This document shows, in pieces, positions 22,848 to 34,834 of a DNA stretch of 64,000 bases; position 1 is the stretch's first letter; each line of letters begins with the position of its first letter. The stretch is taken from assembly GCA_002269645.1 (NCBI GenBank), contig NIVC01001837.1, positions 124,001-188,000 on the forward strand, in the 5' to 3' direction. Under the pieces are notes generated by a model. It searched no databases, was not told the DNA's origin, and saw only the letters and a list, made by a program, of their open reading frames with translations. Source of the DNA: Macrostomum lignano. Taxonomy: Eukaryota. Position numbers and translations under genes: made by a program.

Positions 22848-23307
22848 TAGATGGGGCGCCAAAGCTACTGTAGATGGGGTGCCAAAGCTACTGTAGATGG
22901 GGCGCCAAAGCTACTGTAGATGGGGTGCCAAAGCTACTGTAGATGGGGTGCCAAAGCTACTGTAGATGGGGTGCCAAAGCTACTGTAGATGGGGTGCCAA
23001 AGCTACTGTAGATGGGGTGCCAAAGCTACTGTAGATGGGGTGCCAAAGCTACTGTAGATGGGGTGCCAAAGCTACTGTAGATGGGGTGCCAAAGCTACTG
23101 TAGATGGGGTGCCAAAGCTACTGTAGATGGGGTGCCAAAGCTACTGTAGATGGGGCGCCAAAGCTACTGTAGATGGGGCGCCAAAGCTACTGTAGATGGG
23201 GTGCCAAAGCTACTGTAGATGGGGTGCCAAAGCTACTGTAGATGGGGTGCCAAAGCTACTGTAGATGGGGTGCCAAAGCTACTGTAGATGGGGTGCCAAA
23301 GCTGGGG

Positions 23308-23388
<81 letters not shown>
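22848..23388. repeat. 23-bp minisatellite (gctactgtagatggggtgccaaa) followed by (TCTA)n
   Basis: Direct tandem units to ~23303, tetranucleotide run 23308-23388. Confidence 0.95.
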
Positions 23389-23389
<1 letters not shown>

Positions 23390-23640
23390 ACACAATATAG
23401 ATCGTTTGATCTACAATATCACAATCTTTGAGATCCCTAAAACCCGAAAACCGCAATTCCCCAAGAAAGACTCCTCATGGTCAAGGGTTGCAGCGAGAAG
23501 TCAGTCTGTTAGAGCTAAATGTATAAACCAATAAGAGAAATAGTAATAGTTTTTACGACTTTCATGAGCTTACCAAAGTCGTCAATAATTTCTGCTCAAT
23601 TTTTCGTCTCCTCAATGGGATCGCGAGCCCTCACCCTCAC

Positions 23641-23731
23641 CCGATATTTTCCCGTCTGCAAGTGCAGCGCGCCTGACGCATTGGTTCCAAAGTTGTTACT
23701 TTTTGCAATGCAGTCTGGCAGAGCCAACATG
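23641..23731 (-). CDS. Candidate upstream exon of the FBXO4-like gene
   Basis: ttttaaag| and GG|gtgagg; CWLCQTALQKVTTLEPMRQARCTCRRENI; phase 1 to 2, compatible with the next exon; no recognised homology. Confidence 0.4.
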
Positions 23732-23871
23732 CTTTAAAATATGCATTTTTATCCAGGCTGTCTTTTTGGACTAGTTTCTGTTGAAAGTGGAAAGAGGTGA
23801 ATTGTAAAGCAGAAAATTTAGCAAACTTATGCGCCAGACATTTGCCTTTCATCAGAGTGAGCTGTTTCTTG

Positions 23872-25320
23872 GGAGATTGGGAGATTGGGAATTGGGAGAT
23901 AGGGAATTGGGAGATAGGGAATTGGGAATTGGGAGAATTGGGAGATTGGGAATTGGGAGATTGGGAATTGGGAGATAGGGAATTGGGAGATAGGGAATTG
24001 GGAATTGGGAGAATTGGGAGATTGGGAATTGGGAGATTGGAAATTGGGAGATTGGAAATTGGGAGATTGGAAATTGGGAGATTGGAAATTGGGAGATTGG
24101 AAATTGGGAGATTGGGAATTGGGAGATTGGGAATTGGGAGATTGGAAATTGGGAGATTGGAAATTGGGAGATTGGAAATTGGGAGATTGGGAATTGGGAG
24201 ATTGGAAATTGGGAGATTGGGAATTGGGAGATTGGGAATTGGGAGATTGGGAATTGGGAGATTGGGAATTGGGAGATTGGAAATTGGGAGATTGGGAATT
24301 GGGAGATTGGGAATTGGGAGATTGGGAATTGGGAGATTGGGAATTGGGAGATTGGGAATTGGGAGATTGGGAATTGGGAGATTGGGAATTGGGAGATTGG
24401 GAATTGGGAGATTGGGAATTGGGAGATTGGGAATTGGGAGATTGGGAATTGGGAGATTGAGAATTGGGAGATTGGGAATTGGGAGATTGGAAATTGGGAG
24501 ATTGGGAATTGGGAGATTGGGAATTGGGAGATTGGGAATTGGGAGATTGGGAATTGGGAGATTGGGAACTGGGAGATTGGGAATTGGGAGATTGTGAATT
24601 GGGAGATTGGGAATTGGGAGATTGGGAATTGGGAGATTGGGAACTGGGAGATTGGGAATTGGGAGATAGGGAATTGGGAGATTGGGAATTGGGAGATTGT
24701 GAATTGGGAGATTGGGAATTGGGAGATTGGGAATTGGGAGATTGGGAATTGGGAGATTGGGAATTGGGAGATTGGGAATTGGGAGATTGGGAATTGGGAG
24801 ATTGGGAATTGGGAGATTGGGAATTGGGAGATTGGGAATTGGGAGATTGGGAATTGGGAGATTGGGAATTGGGAGATTGAGAATTGGGAGATTGGGAATT
24901 GGGAGATTGGAAATTGGGAGATTGGGAATTGGGAGATTGGGAATTGGGAGATTGGGAATTGGGAGATTGGGAACTGGGAGATTGGGAATTGGGAGATTGT
25001 GAATTGGGAGATTGGGAATTGGGAGATTGGGAATTGGGAGATTGGGAACTGGGAGATTGGGAATTGGGAGATAGGGAATTGGGAGATTGGGAATTGGGAG
25101 ATTGTGAATTGGGAGATTGGGAATTGGGAGATTGGGAATTGGGAGATTGGGAATTGGGAGATTGGGAATTGGGAGATTGGGAATTGGGAAATTGGGAGAT
25201 TGGGAGATTGTGAGATTGGGAATTGGGGAATTGGGAATTAGGAGAATGGGAGTAGGGAGATTGGGAATTGCGCGATTGGTAATTGGGAGAATCGGGAGAT
25301 TGGGAGATTGGGAATTTAGG
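23872..25320. repeat. 15-bp G-rich minisatellite (gggagattgggaatt)
   Basis: About 95 units with two GGG tracts per unit. Confidence 0.97.
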
Positions 25321-25658
25321 AACTGAGAACTTTGAAAACTGAAAACTTGGGAAATAGGGGATTCGAGAACATTGTGACGAAGAAACGGGAAAGGTTATCG
25401 GGGAATTTAAAGGGAAGTTACAGCCACAGCAGTGACCACTGATTCAGACTTCAGATATATTTAATTTCCATACTGGCCAAAAAGTATTAACAAGAAAGTT
25501 AATTTAGTTGGCTGCCAGTCACTCCCTTAGCCGAGGGGATCGGTTCATTCTCAGCTCAAAACTGTCCACCTTCATCTCCGAATATCTCTCGCATATTTAA
25601 CTTTCCGCGCTTATGGAATTATTTTGGCATCCCAGCCGCCAGCTGCCGCGGCTCTCAC

Positions 25659-25801
25659 GAACTATTTGCAGCCTCCTCCTTGCTTCATCGCGGCTAGTTG
25701 CTGCGCCAGGCTGAAAATCGCAGATTGTTGGGAACAGTATCGATCTTCGCTCAGCAGCTCGGGTTTTCAGGCTTATGCGAGAGCCGTGAGCCTGAGAAGT
25801 G
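25659..25801 (-). CDS. Candidate upstream exon of the FBXO4-like gene
   Basis: cttag| and C|gtgaga; 47 open codons; phase 2 to 1, compatible with neighbours. Confidence 0.3.
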
Positions 25802-25887
25802 CTAAGCTATAAATAAATCCCACATTGTATTGCTGTTCTTCAAGCAAAATTGATGCTCTTCTAAAAGCAAAGGCAGAATTTTTTCTT

Positions 25888-26380
25888 TCCAGATTTCTGT
25901 CTGCAGTGATACCGACTCTCTGTAGATTCCTGTCTGCAGTGATCCCGACTCTCTCCAGATTCCTGTCTGCAGTGATCCCGACTCTCTCCAGATTCCTGTC
26001 TGCAGTGATCCCGACTCTCTCCAGATTCCTGTCTGCAGTGATCCCGACTCTCTGTAGATTCCTGTCTGCTGTGATCCCGATTCTCTCCAGATTCCTGTCT
26101 GCAGTGATCCCGACTCTCTCCAGATTCCTGTCTGCTGTGATCCCGACTCTCTCCAGATTCCTGTCTGCAGTGATCCCGACTCTCTGTAGATTCCTGTCTG
26201 CAGTGATCCCGACTCTCTCCGGATTCCTGTCTGCAGTGATACCGACTCTCTCCAGATTCCTGTCTGCAGTGATCCCGACTCTCTCCAGATTCCTGTCTGC
26301 AGTGATCCCGACTCTCTCCAGATTCCTGTCTGCTGTGATCCCGACTCTCTCCAGATTCCTGTCTGCTGTGATCCCGACTC
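25888..26380. repeat. 33-bp minisatellite (agattcctgtctgcagtgatcccgactctctcc)
   Basis: Direct tandem units. Confidence 0.95.
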
Positions 26381-26454
26381 AGCTGATTGATAAAACTTCC
26401 AAATCGTTTTTAATCCCCTGCACCAAAATATTCGCTAAATATTCAGTTTTTTAC

Positions 26455-26557
26455 CAGGTCACAAATCGATACACATCCTGCTCTATGCACCCCTCCACAT
26501 CCTTGATGGCCTTGTTGATCCAGGTTAAACACGCATATTCACGTTGATAAGGTGGAT
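26455..26557 (-). CDS. Candidate exon (DPPYQREYACLTWINKAIKDVEGCIEQDVYRFVT)
   Basis: ctctag| and TG|gtaaaa; protein-like composition; phase 1 to 2. Confidence 0.4.
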
Positions 26558-26719
26558 CTAGAGCAGCTAAACACCCCAGTTCCCTACAGTGTGCACTTCC
26601 GAGGCCATTTTATTGACACCTAAGACCGAAATGTTTGCCGTCGAAGTAACTTTTTATTGCAACCTAGTTGGCTTGCGTTGCTTCCAAGAATTTTATCCCT
26701 ATGTCAAACTGGAAGATAA

Positions 26720-29700
26720 TGAGGAGTGGGTGTCGGTGAGGAGTGGGTGTCGGTGAGGAGTGGGTGAGGAGTGGGTGTCGGTGAGGAGTGGGTGTCAGTG
26801 AGGAGTGGGTGTCGGTGAGGAGTGGGTGTCAGTGAGGAGTGGGTGTCAGTGAGGAGTGGGTGTCAGTGAGGAGTGGGTGTCAGTGAGGAGTGGGTGTCAG
26901 TGAGGAGTGGGTGTCAGTGAGGAGTGGGTGTCGGTGAGGAGTGGGTGAGGAGTGGGTGTCGGTGAGGAGTGGGTGTCAGTGAGGAGTGGGTGTCAGTGAG
27001 GAGTGGGTGTCAGTGAGGAGTGGGTGTCAGTGAGGAGTGGGTGTCAGTGAGGAGTGGGTGAGGAGTGGGTGTCGGTGAGGAGTGGGTGTCAGTGAGGAGT
27101 GGGTGTCAGTGAGGAGTGGGTGTCAGTGAGGAGTGGGTGTCAGTGAGGAGTGGGTGAGGAGTGGGTGTCGGTGAGGAGTGGGTGTCAGTGAGGAGTGGGT
27201 GTCAGTGAGGAGTGGGTGTCGGTGAGGAGTGGGTGTCAGTGAGGAGTGGGTGTCAGTGAGGAGTGGGTGTCAGTGAGGAGTGGGTGTCAGTGAGGAGTGG
27301 GTGTCGGTGAGGAGTGGGTGTCAGTGAGGAGTGGGTGTCAGTGAGGAGTGGGTGTCAGTGAGGAGTGGGTGAGGAGTGAGTGTCAGTGAGGAGTGGGTGT
27401 CAGTGAGGAGTGGGTGAGGAGTGGGTGTCAGTGAGGAGTGGGTGTCAGTGAGGAGTGGGTGTCAGTGAGGAGTGGGTGTCAGTGAGGAGTGGGTGTCGGT
27501 GAGGAGTGGGTGAGGAGTGGGTGTCAGTGAGGAGTGGGTGTCAGTGAGGAGTGGGTGTCAGTGAGGAGTGGGTGTCAGTGAGGAGTGGGTGTCAGTGAGT
27601 GGTGTCAGTGAGGAGTGGGTGTCAGTGAGGAGTGGGTGTCAGTGAGGAGTGGGTGTCAGTGAGGAGTGGGTGTCAGTGAGGAGTGGGTGTCAGTGAGGAG
27701 TGGGTGTCAGTGAGTGAGGAGTGGGTGTCAGTGAGGAGTGGGTGAGGAGTGGGTGTCAGTGAGGAGTGGGTGAGGAGTGGGTGTCAGTGAGGAGTGGGTG
27801 AGTGAGTGGGTGTCAGTGAGGAGTGGGTGTCAGTGAGGAGTGGGTGTCAGTGAGGAGTGGGTGAGGAGTGGGTGTCGGTGAGGAGTGGGTGTCAGTGAGG
27901 AGTGGGTGTCAGTGAGGAGTGGGTGTCAGTGAGGAGTGGGTGTCAGTGAGGAGTGGGTGTCAGTGAGGAGTGGGTGAGGAGTGGTGTCGTGAGGAGTGGG
28001 TGTCAGTGAGGAGTGGGTGAGGAGTGGGTGAGGAGTGGGTGTCAGTGAGGAGTGGGTGTCAGTGAGGAGTGGGTGTCAGTGAGGAGTGGGTGTCAGTGAG
28101 GAGTGGGTGTCAGTGAGGAGTGGGTGTCAGTGAGGAGTGGGTGAGGAGTGGGTGTCAGTGAGGAGTGGGTGTCAGTGAGGAGTGGGTGTCAGTGAGGAGT
28201 GGGTGTCAGTGAGGAGTGGGTGTCAGTGAGGAGTGGGTGTCAGTGAGGAGTGGGTGTCAGTGAGGAGTGGGTGAGGAGTGGGTGTCAGTGAGGAGTGGGT
28301 GTCAGTGAGGAGTGGGTGTCAGTGAGGAGTGGGTGTCGTGAGGAGTGGGTGTCAGTGAGGAGTGGGTGTCAGTGAGGAGTGGGTGAGGAGTGGTGTCAGT
28401 GAAGAGTGGGTGTCAGTGAGGAGTGGGTGAGGAGTGGGTGTCAGTGAGGAGTGGGTGTCAGTGAGGAGTGGGTGTCGGTGAGGAGTGGGTGTCAGTGAGG
28501 AGTGGGTGTCAGTGAGGAGTGGGTGTCAGTGAGGAGTGGGTGAGGAGTGAGTGTCAGTGAGGAGTGGGTGTCAGTGAGGAGTGGGTGTCAGTGAGGAGTG
28601 GGTGTCAGTGAGGAGTGGGTGTCAGTGAGGAGTGGGTGAGGAGTGGGTGTCAGTGAGGAGTGGGTGTCAGTGAGGAGTGGGTGTCAGTGAGGAGTGGGTG
28701 AGGAGTGGGTGTCGTGAGGAGTGGGTGTCAGTGAGGAGTGGGTGTCAGTGAGGAGTGGGTGTCAGTGAGGAGTGGGTGTCAGTGAGGAGTGGGTGTCAGT
28801 GAGGAGTGGGTGAGGAGTGGGTGTCAGTGAGGAGTGGGTGTCAGTGAGGAGTGGGTGTCGGTGAGGAGTGGGTGTCAGTGAGGAGTGGGTGTCAGTGAGG
28901 AGTGGGTGTCAGTGAGGAGTGGGTGTCAGTAAGGAGTGGGTGTCAGTGAGGAGTGGGTGTCAGTGAGGAGTGGGTGTCAGTGAGGAGTGGGTGTCAGTGA
29001 GGAGTGGGTGTCAGTGAGGAGTGGGTGTCAGTGAGGAGTGGGTGTCAGTGAGGAGTGGGTGTCAGTGAGGAGTGGGTGTCGGTGAGGAGTGGGTGTCAGT
29101 GAGGAGTGGGTGAGGAGTGGGTGTCAGTGAGGAGTGGGTGTCAGTGAGGAGTGGGTGTCAGTGAGGAGTGGGTGTCAGTGAGGAGTGGGTGAGGAGTGGG
29201 TGTCAGTGAGGAGTGGGTGTCAGTGAGGAGTGGGTGTCGGTGAGGAGTGGGTGAGGAGTGGGTGTCAGTGAGGAGTGGGTGTCAGTGAGGAGTGGGTGTC
29301 AGTGAGGAGTGGGTGAGGAGTGGGTGTCAGTGAGGAGTGGGTGTCAGTGAGGAGTGGGTGTCAGTGAGGAGTGGGTGTCAGTGAGGAGTGGGTGAGGAGT
29401 GGGTGTCGTGAGGAGTGGGTGTCAGTGAGGAGTGGGTGAGGAGTGGGTGTCAGTGAGGAGTGGGTGAGGAGTGGGTGTCAGTGAGGAGTGGGTGTCAGTG
29501 AGGAGTGGGTGTCAGTGAGGAGTGGGTGTCAGTGAGAAATGGGTGTCAGTGAGGAGTGGGTGAGGATTGGGTGTCAGTGAGGAGTGGGTGTCAGTGAGGA
29601 GTGGGTGTCGGTGAGGAGTGAGGAGTGGGTGTCAGTGAGGAGTGGGTGTCAGTGAGGAGTGGGTGTCAGTGAGGAGTGGGTGTCAGTGAGTGGGTGTCAG

Positions 29701-30678
29701 TGAGGAGTGGGTGTCAGTGAGGAGTGGGTGTCAGTGAGGAGTGGGTGTCAGTGAGGAGTGGGTGAGGAGTGGGTGTCAGTGAGGAGTGGGTGTCAGTGAG
29801 GAGTGGGTGAGGAGTGGGTGTCAGTGAGGAGTGGGTGAGGAGTGGGTGTCAGTGAGGAGTGGGTGTCAGTGAGGAGTGGGTGTCAGTGAGGAGTGGGTGT
29901 CAGTGAGGAGTGGGTGTCAGTGAGAAATGGGTGTCAGTGAGGAGTGGGTGAGGATTGGGTGTCAGTGAGGAGTGGGTGTCAGTGAGGAGTGGGTGTCAGT
30001 GAGGAGTGGGTGTCAGTGAGGAGTGGGTGTCAGTGAGGAGTGGGTGTCAGTGAGGAGTGGGTGAGGAGTCAGTGAGGAGTGGGTGAGGAGTGGGTGTCAG
30101 TGAGGATTGGGTGTCAGTGAGGAGTGGGTGTCAGTGAGGAGTGGGTGTCAGTGAGGAGTGGGTGAGGAGTGGGTGTCAGTGAGGAGTGGGTGAGGAGTGG
30201 GTGTCAGTGAGGAGTGGGTGTCAGTGAGGAGTGGGTGTCAGTGAGGAGTGGGTGTCAGTGAGGAATGGGTGTCAGTGAGGAGTGGGTGTCAGTGAGGAGT
30301 GGGTGTCAGTGAGGAGTGGGTGTCAGTGAGGAGTGGGTGTCAGTGAGGAATGGGTGTCAGTGAGGAGTGGGTGTCAGTGAGGATTGGGTGTCAGTGAGGA
30401 GTGGGTGTCAGTGAGGATTGGGTGTCAGTGAGGAGTGGGTCAGTGAGGAGTGGGTGTCAGTGAGGAGTGGGTGAGGAGTGGGTGTCAGTGAGGAGTGGGT
30501 GAGGAGTGGGTGTCAGTGAGGAGTGGGTGTCAGTGAGGAGTGGGTGTCAGTGAGGAGTGGGTGTCAGTGAGGAGTGGGTGTCAGTGAGGAATGGGTGTCA
30601 GTGAGGAGTTGTCACAGTGAGGAATGGGTGTCAGTGAACAGTGAGGAGTGGGTGTCACAGTGAGGAGTAGGAGTGGGT
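26720..30678. repeat. 17-bp satellite (gtgaggagtgggtgtca) with 11-bp short variant, ~4 kb
   Basis: Direct tandem units. Confidence 0.97.
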
Positions 30679-31261
30679 TTCTGTTTAAACAAACAAAACG
30701 ATATTCAACCGGAGTGAGAGATCCCAACAAGCAGGTCTTATGCATTTCGAAGTCAAGGACTACTAGACTATAACGAAGTGTTCCTAGTGGTCCTTGTTCG
30801 AAGGCCGTGTGGCGGTCGGCAAGTAGGGCAGTAAATAGAAGAGGCGAAATGTCGACTGCAGAAATGCCGGCCAGGCCGCTCGCCTTCCCCTCTTCACCCA
30901 GGCCGCTCTTGACCTCAGACGCCGAGGGCAAGTTTCTGGGGACACGCAGGCTCAGAGGAGCCGGGCTATTTTTAGCTGCCAGCCAGCCACAGTAGCTGGC
31001 AATCCGGCTTCTTTTGGCTGCTTGAACTTTTAAAAACTGCTGCCGCTCTTCTCTGCAGCTTCCAGTTCTTTATTCATTCTCGCTTCATCCCTTGAATCCC
31101 TTTGAATTACTAAGGACCTCCGTGTGGTTAGGGAAGAGCCAGGGCTCGGAAAACAACAGTTAAAGGTACTTAATAGCGAATGGACAGGGGAATGAGAGTG
31201 AAAACTCTGAACAGAAGGTAGAAGCCGAGTGACAAGCTTATAGAAAATCGTGGGACAGGTC

Positions 31262-31632
31262 CACAGAGAAGCGAGTGACAAGTCTACATAGAGAAGCGAG
31301 TGACAAGTCTACAGAGAAGCGAGTGACAAGTCTACAAAGAAGCGAGTGACAAGTCTACACAGAGAAGCGGGTGACAAGTCTACATAGAGAAGTGAGTGAC
31401 AAGTCTACAGAGAAGTGAGTGACAAGTCTACAGAGAAGCGAGTGACAAGTCTACAGAGAAGCGAGTGACAAGTCTACAGAGAAGCGAGTGACAAGTCTAC
31501 ACAGAGAAGCGAGTGACAAGTCTACATAGAGAAGTGAGTGACAAGTCTACAGAGAAGTGAGTGACAAGTCTACAGAGAAGCGAGTGACAAGTCTACAGAG
31601 AAGCGAGTGACAAGTCTACAGAGAAGCGAGTG
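31262..31632. repeat. 23-bp minisatellite (acagagaagcgagtgacaagtct)
   Basis: Direct tandem units. Confidence 0.93.
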
Positions 31633-32290
31633 ATATAATAGCGAGGTGACTCATAAATAACAGGGGGAACAAAGCTTTCTGTGCAATGGCTAAAAATCTG
31701 AGCAGCCTGAGCAGATGAGCCGAAGCAGTGGCTATTAGCCTGGCCAGCTATTTTGGATCGGCAAAAATTCTATGATTTATGCACTTCTCTTCGGATTGCT
31801 GGCCTGCACTTGTGCGAGCCCAATGTTGATGTTTATCTTGAGAACAACCCCCCAGAGCCTGCTCATAGTGCCAGAGATTTGCGGGAGTGATTGAGCTGTC
31901 TGCTTGTGTCCGGCTCCGAAGTGCTGGAAGGATTGCAACTGCCCAACCATATTAATCTTCCTTGCCTTATGGTTAATCGTCAATGCGCGAAGCTGTCATG
32001 AAATGGAGCTGTGCAACCAAATTCGGCTCTGAAGCAACACAGTTTATTTACATCGCCCATTGCAAAAGCTGAGAAACAAGAAAAATGACTTCAGTAAGCA
32101 TCTCTGCTACTGAGAGCGAACTGAAAGTGCGCAACTCTTCAACTGGTCTCATTAAAATTCGGATAAGAGTCATTAAAACTTAAAGCCAAAGGGGCTTTCC
32201 GATACAGTCACCTTGCTTAAAAAACAAATGTAACAATCGATACGATATACACTTAGCCAGATTCTTATTGTACATGGACTTCTTCAGCAG

Positions 32291-32356
32291 ACCATATGGA
32301 CAACTACTATAAGCAGGACGCTACACTCGAGTTTCTTACAAATCGGCTGGAGGCCG
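32291..32356 (+). CDS. Candidate orphan symmetric exon (HMDNYYKQDATLEFLTNRLEA)
   Basis: ttcttcagcag| acceptor and G|gtaagg donor, 66 nt, phase 1-1, open frame; no partner exons established. Confidence 0.35.
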
Positions 32357-32474
32357 GTAAGGAACGGATATTTGTGATATCGCCAGTGCTCTGGAGAACG
32401 CCATAGACTAATTCGAGTGCAGCGCCCTTCTGTCATTCTGTACTTGTCAGTTAACTGTCCAGATGCTTGGCCGG

Positions 32475-33626
32475 TCAGTCCGCTGGCAGGCCCGCTGAGG
32501 GTGACGCCAGGCGCACCCAGTGCCGCACCCGCTGCTCCCTGGCCTGGCCACTCGCCGCCTGCGTGTCCACGCCGAACCGCTCCAACATCCGGCGGAGGCT
32601 GTCCACCTCCTGGCGCTGGCTGCACTCGGCGGCGCCGACCTCCCGCGGCGTCCGGCCGCCGATCAGCACTGTCCAGTTGTCGGCCAGGAACCGGCGGAGC
32701 TCGGCCACGCCAGCCCTGGCGGCCAGCCGTGGCTCCATCAGCCGGCGGAGCAGCTTCTGCAGGCGCGGCGTGAACTCGCGAAATCCGGTCGGTATTGGCT
32801 GCGGCAACTGCAGCGACTGGCCGAGCTTCCTGCGCTGCTGCCAGCGCACGAACTCCCGGTAGCTGGGGTCAGTCTCCGCCGCCACCTGCCAGGGGAAGCT
32901 GCCAGTCAGGCAGCAGTAGATGAGGACGCCAAACGACCAGGCGTCCGTGCCGCTGTGCACCCGGTAAGTCTCGTCGCGAGCCGCCTGCGCGATCTCCGGC
33001 GGCGTGTAGGGAATCGGCGCCCCGGCCTTGCGGATCAGCGCCCCGGCCGGCCGGGCCATGCCGAAGTCGGCCAGCTTCACCAGGCTGAGGTCCGGCTCGA
33101 ACACGGCCACGTTCTCCGGCTTCAGGTCCCGGTGGCAGACCGACTGGCCGTGCAGGAACTCCAGCGCCGAGGCCACCTGGGCCGCCACGGACTTCACCAG
33201 CGACTCGGCCAGGCCACGGCCGGGCTGCACGAACTCGAACAGGTCTCCGAGCGGAGCGAATTCCAGCGCGAAGGCGAAACACTCGGCTGTCTCGAACGCG
33301 GCTCCGTAGGCTTCGATGACGTGCGGATGAGCGGACAGCTGCGTGCTGGTGTGCAGCTCCTGCAGGAAGTCCTTCAGCCTGGTTGTCCGCTTGTCCATGA
33401 GCTTCAGCACCAGCCGGCGCCCGGACTCCCGGCAGGTGGCCAGCACGCACCTGCCGTAGGTGCCCCGGCCCAGCTCCCTGTGCAGGGCGAACTGGCGCTC
33501 GACGTCGGCCTGGCTGAGGACGCCGCCTCCGCCGCCGCTGGCGCCGCCGCTCAGATCAGCGTTGACGGACGTTCTTGGCGTGCTGCCGTAGCTGGAGCCG
33601 CTGGCCTTCTGCGCCAGGGAACGCAT
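32475..33626 (-). CDS. SBK1: SBK1-like serine/threonine protein kinase (single coding exon)
   Basis: GRGTYG loop, LK...DF.QE, HRDLKPEN, VKLADFG, IPYTPPE, D.WSFGVLIYCCLTGSFPW, EF.RWQ; the SBK-family pattern; 383 aa intact. Confidence 0.88.
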   Translation of the reverse strand: MRSLAQKASGSSYGSTPRTSVNADLSGGASGGGGGVLSQADVERQFALHRELGRGTYGRCVLATCRESGRRLVLKLMDKRTTRLKDFLQELHTSTQLSAHPHVIEAYGAAFETAECFAFALEFAPLGDLFEFVQPGRGLAESLVKSVAAQVASALEFLHGQSVCHRDLKPENVAVFEPDLSLVKLADFGMARPAGALIRKAGAPIPYTPPEIAQAARDETYRVHSGTDAWSFGVLIYCCLTGSFPWQVAAETDPSYREFVRWQQRRKLGQSLQLPQPIPTGFREFTPRLQKLLRRLMEPRLAARAGVAELRRFLADNWTVLIGGRTPREVGAAECSQRQEVDSLRRMLERFGVDTQAASGQAREQRVRHWVRLASPSAGLPAD

Positions 33627-33961
33627 CGCTAGTTGCAGAGTCTGGCTTCTGGGGACTTCAAGCAGTTCTCCCTATGCGTGTGTGCTTTGGATTTCCTGCT
33701 CTGTCCTGCACTGCGCTTTTATCCCCCCCCAGTTCAGTTCTTCCTTCCCCGCTCCCTGATTGGTCGAATCCCAAGCCCTTGTAGGGCGATTTCAGTGTAA
33801 GTAACTATTTGCAAAACTTGAACAAAGCTTTCCTAGCAACAGCGCTCCCGTGCACAGCAAACATCATCAGCTGTTGAGTTTGTGCAAATAGCGTTTGAAA
33901 GTCAAATGCATGTGTAAAGGTGAGAGCGCGTTATGAAAAATTAATTGTTTTCACTTTTTTT

Positions 33962-34098
33962 AGGCGCCATAGATGCTGGAATTGGCGCCATAGATGCTGG
34001 AAATGGCGCCATAGATGCTGGAATTGACGCCATAGATGCTGGAATTGGCGCCATAGATGCTGGAATTGGCGCCATAGATGCTGGAATTGGCGCCATGG
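33962..34098. repeat. 21-bp minisatellite (ggcgccatagatgctggaatt)
   Basis: About 6 direct units. Confidence 0.9.
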
Positions 34099-34616
34099 GA
34101 TGCTATAGACTGGGACACCACGGATCCTTCACTTATCCAAAAGTACAAAATGCCTCTCATTTAGAATGTTTATCCAAAGAATGCACTGAACAAGCGAGAA
34201 TATTCTGTCAAAAGAGGAGGGTACGAATTTTAACAAAACGATTTTTTACATATCAGCTGACTACACGAGAATGTACTCAATCAGTCTGAAGGACAGGTGC
34301 TGGCTCAGCTGCGGGGGGGGATTTATCCCAATCCGGGATCAGATAATTCAAGTCACGACTTGAAAGTGGAACTGGAGAGCGCATATCTACTCAGACGAGT
34401 CGATTGGCACGGAGCAGCTCAGCCAGAGCCGTGTGTGAGTGGGCGGCGGTCTGCGGGGGTGGCGCAGCCGCTGCAGTCATAAACTGGGCCGGGGCTGCGC
34501 CTTTTCCTTGTACTTTTTGTAGCCTGTCCTGTAACTCTGCTAGTGTCTCTGCTGTAATCCTCCCAGTAGCAGCCTGAGCGACTGACTCTGCCTTGTAGTG
34601 AGAGCAGGGAGGGTGA

Positions 34617-34834
<218 letters not shown>

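Noticed and set aside
23797-25326. LRR- or pentapeptide-like ORFs (IGRLG, WELGD)
   Set aside because: A 15-bp DNA repeat read in three frames with no synonymous variation pattern; no evidence of coding.
30690-31281. Minus-strand open frames between two arrays
   Set aside because: No homology recalled, a stop or frame change at 31030 and no convincing splice sites.
32520-33632. 370-aa plus-strand ORF
   Set aside because: Antisense shadow of the GC3-rich SBK1 kinase CDS.
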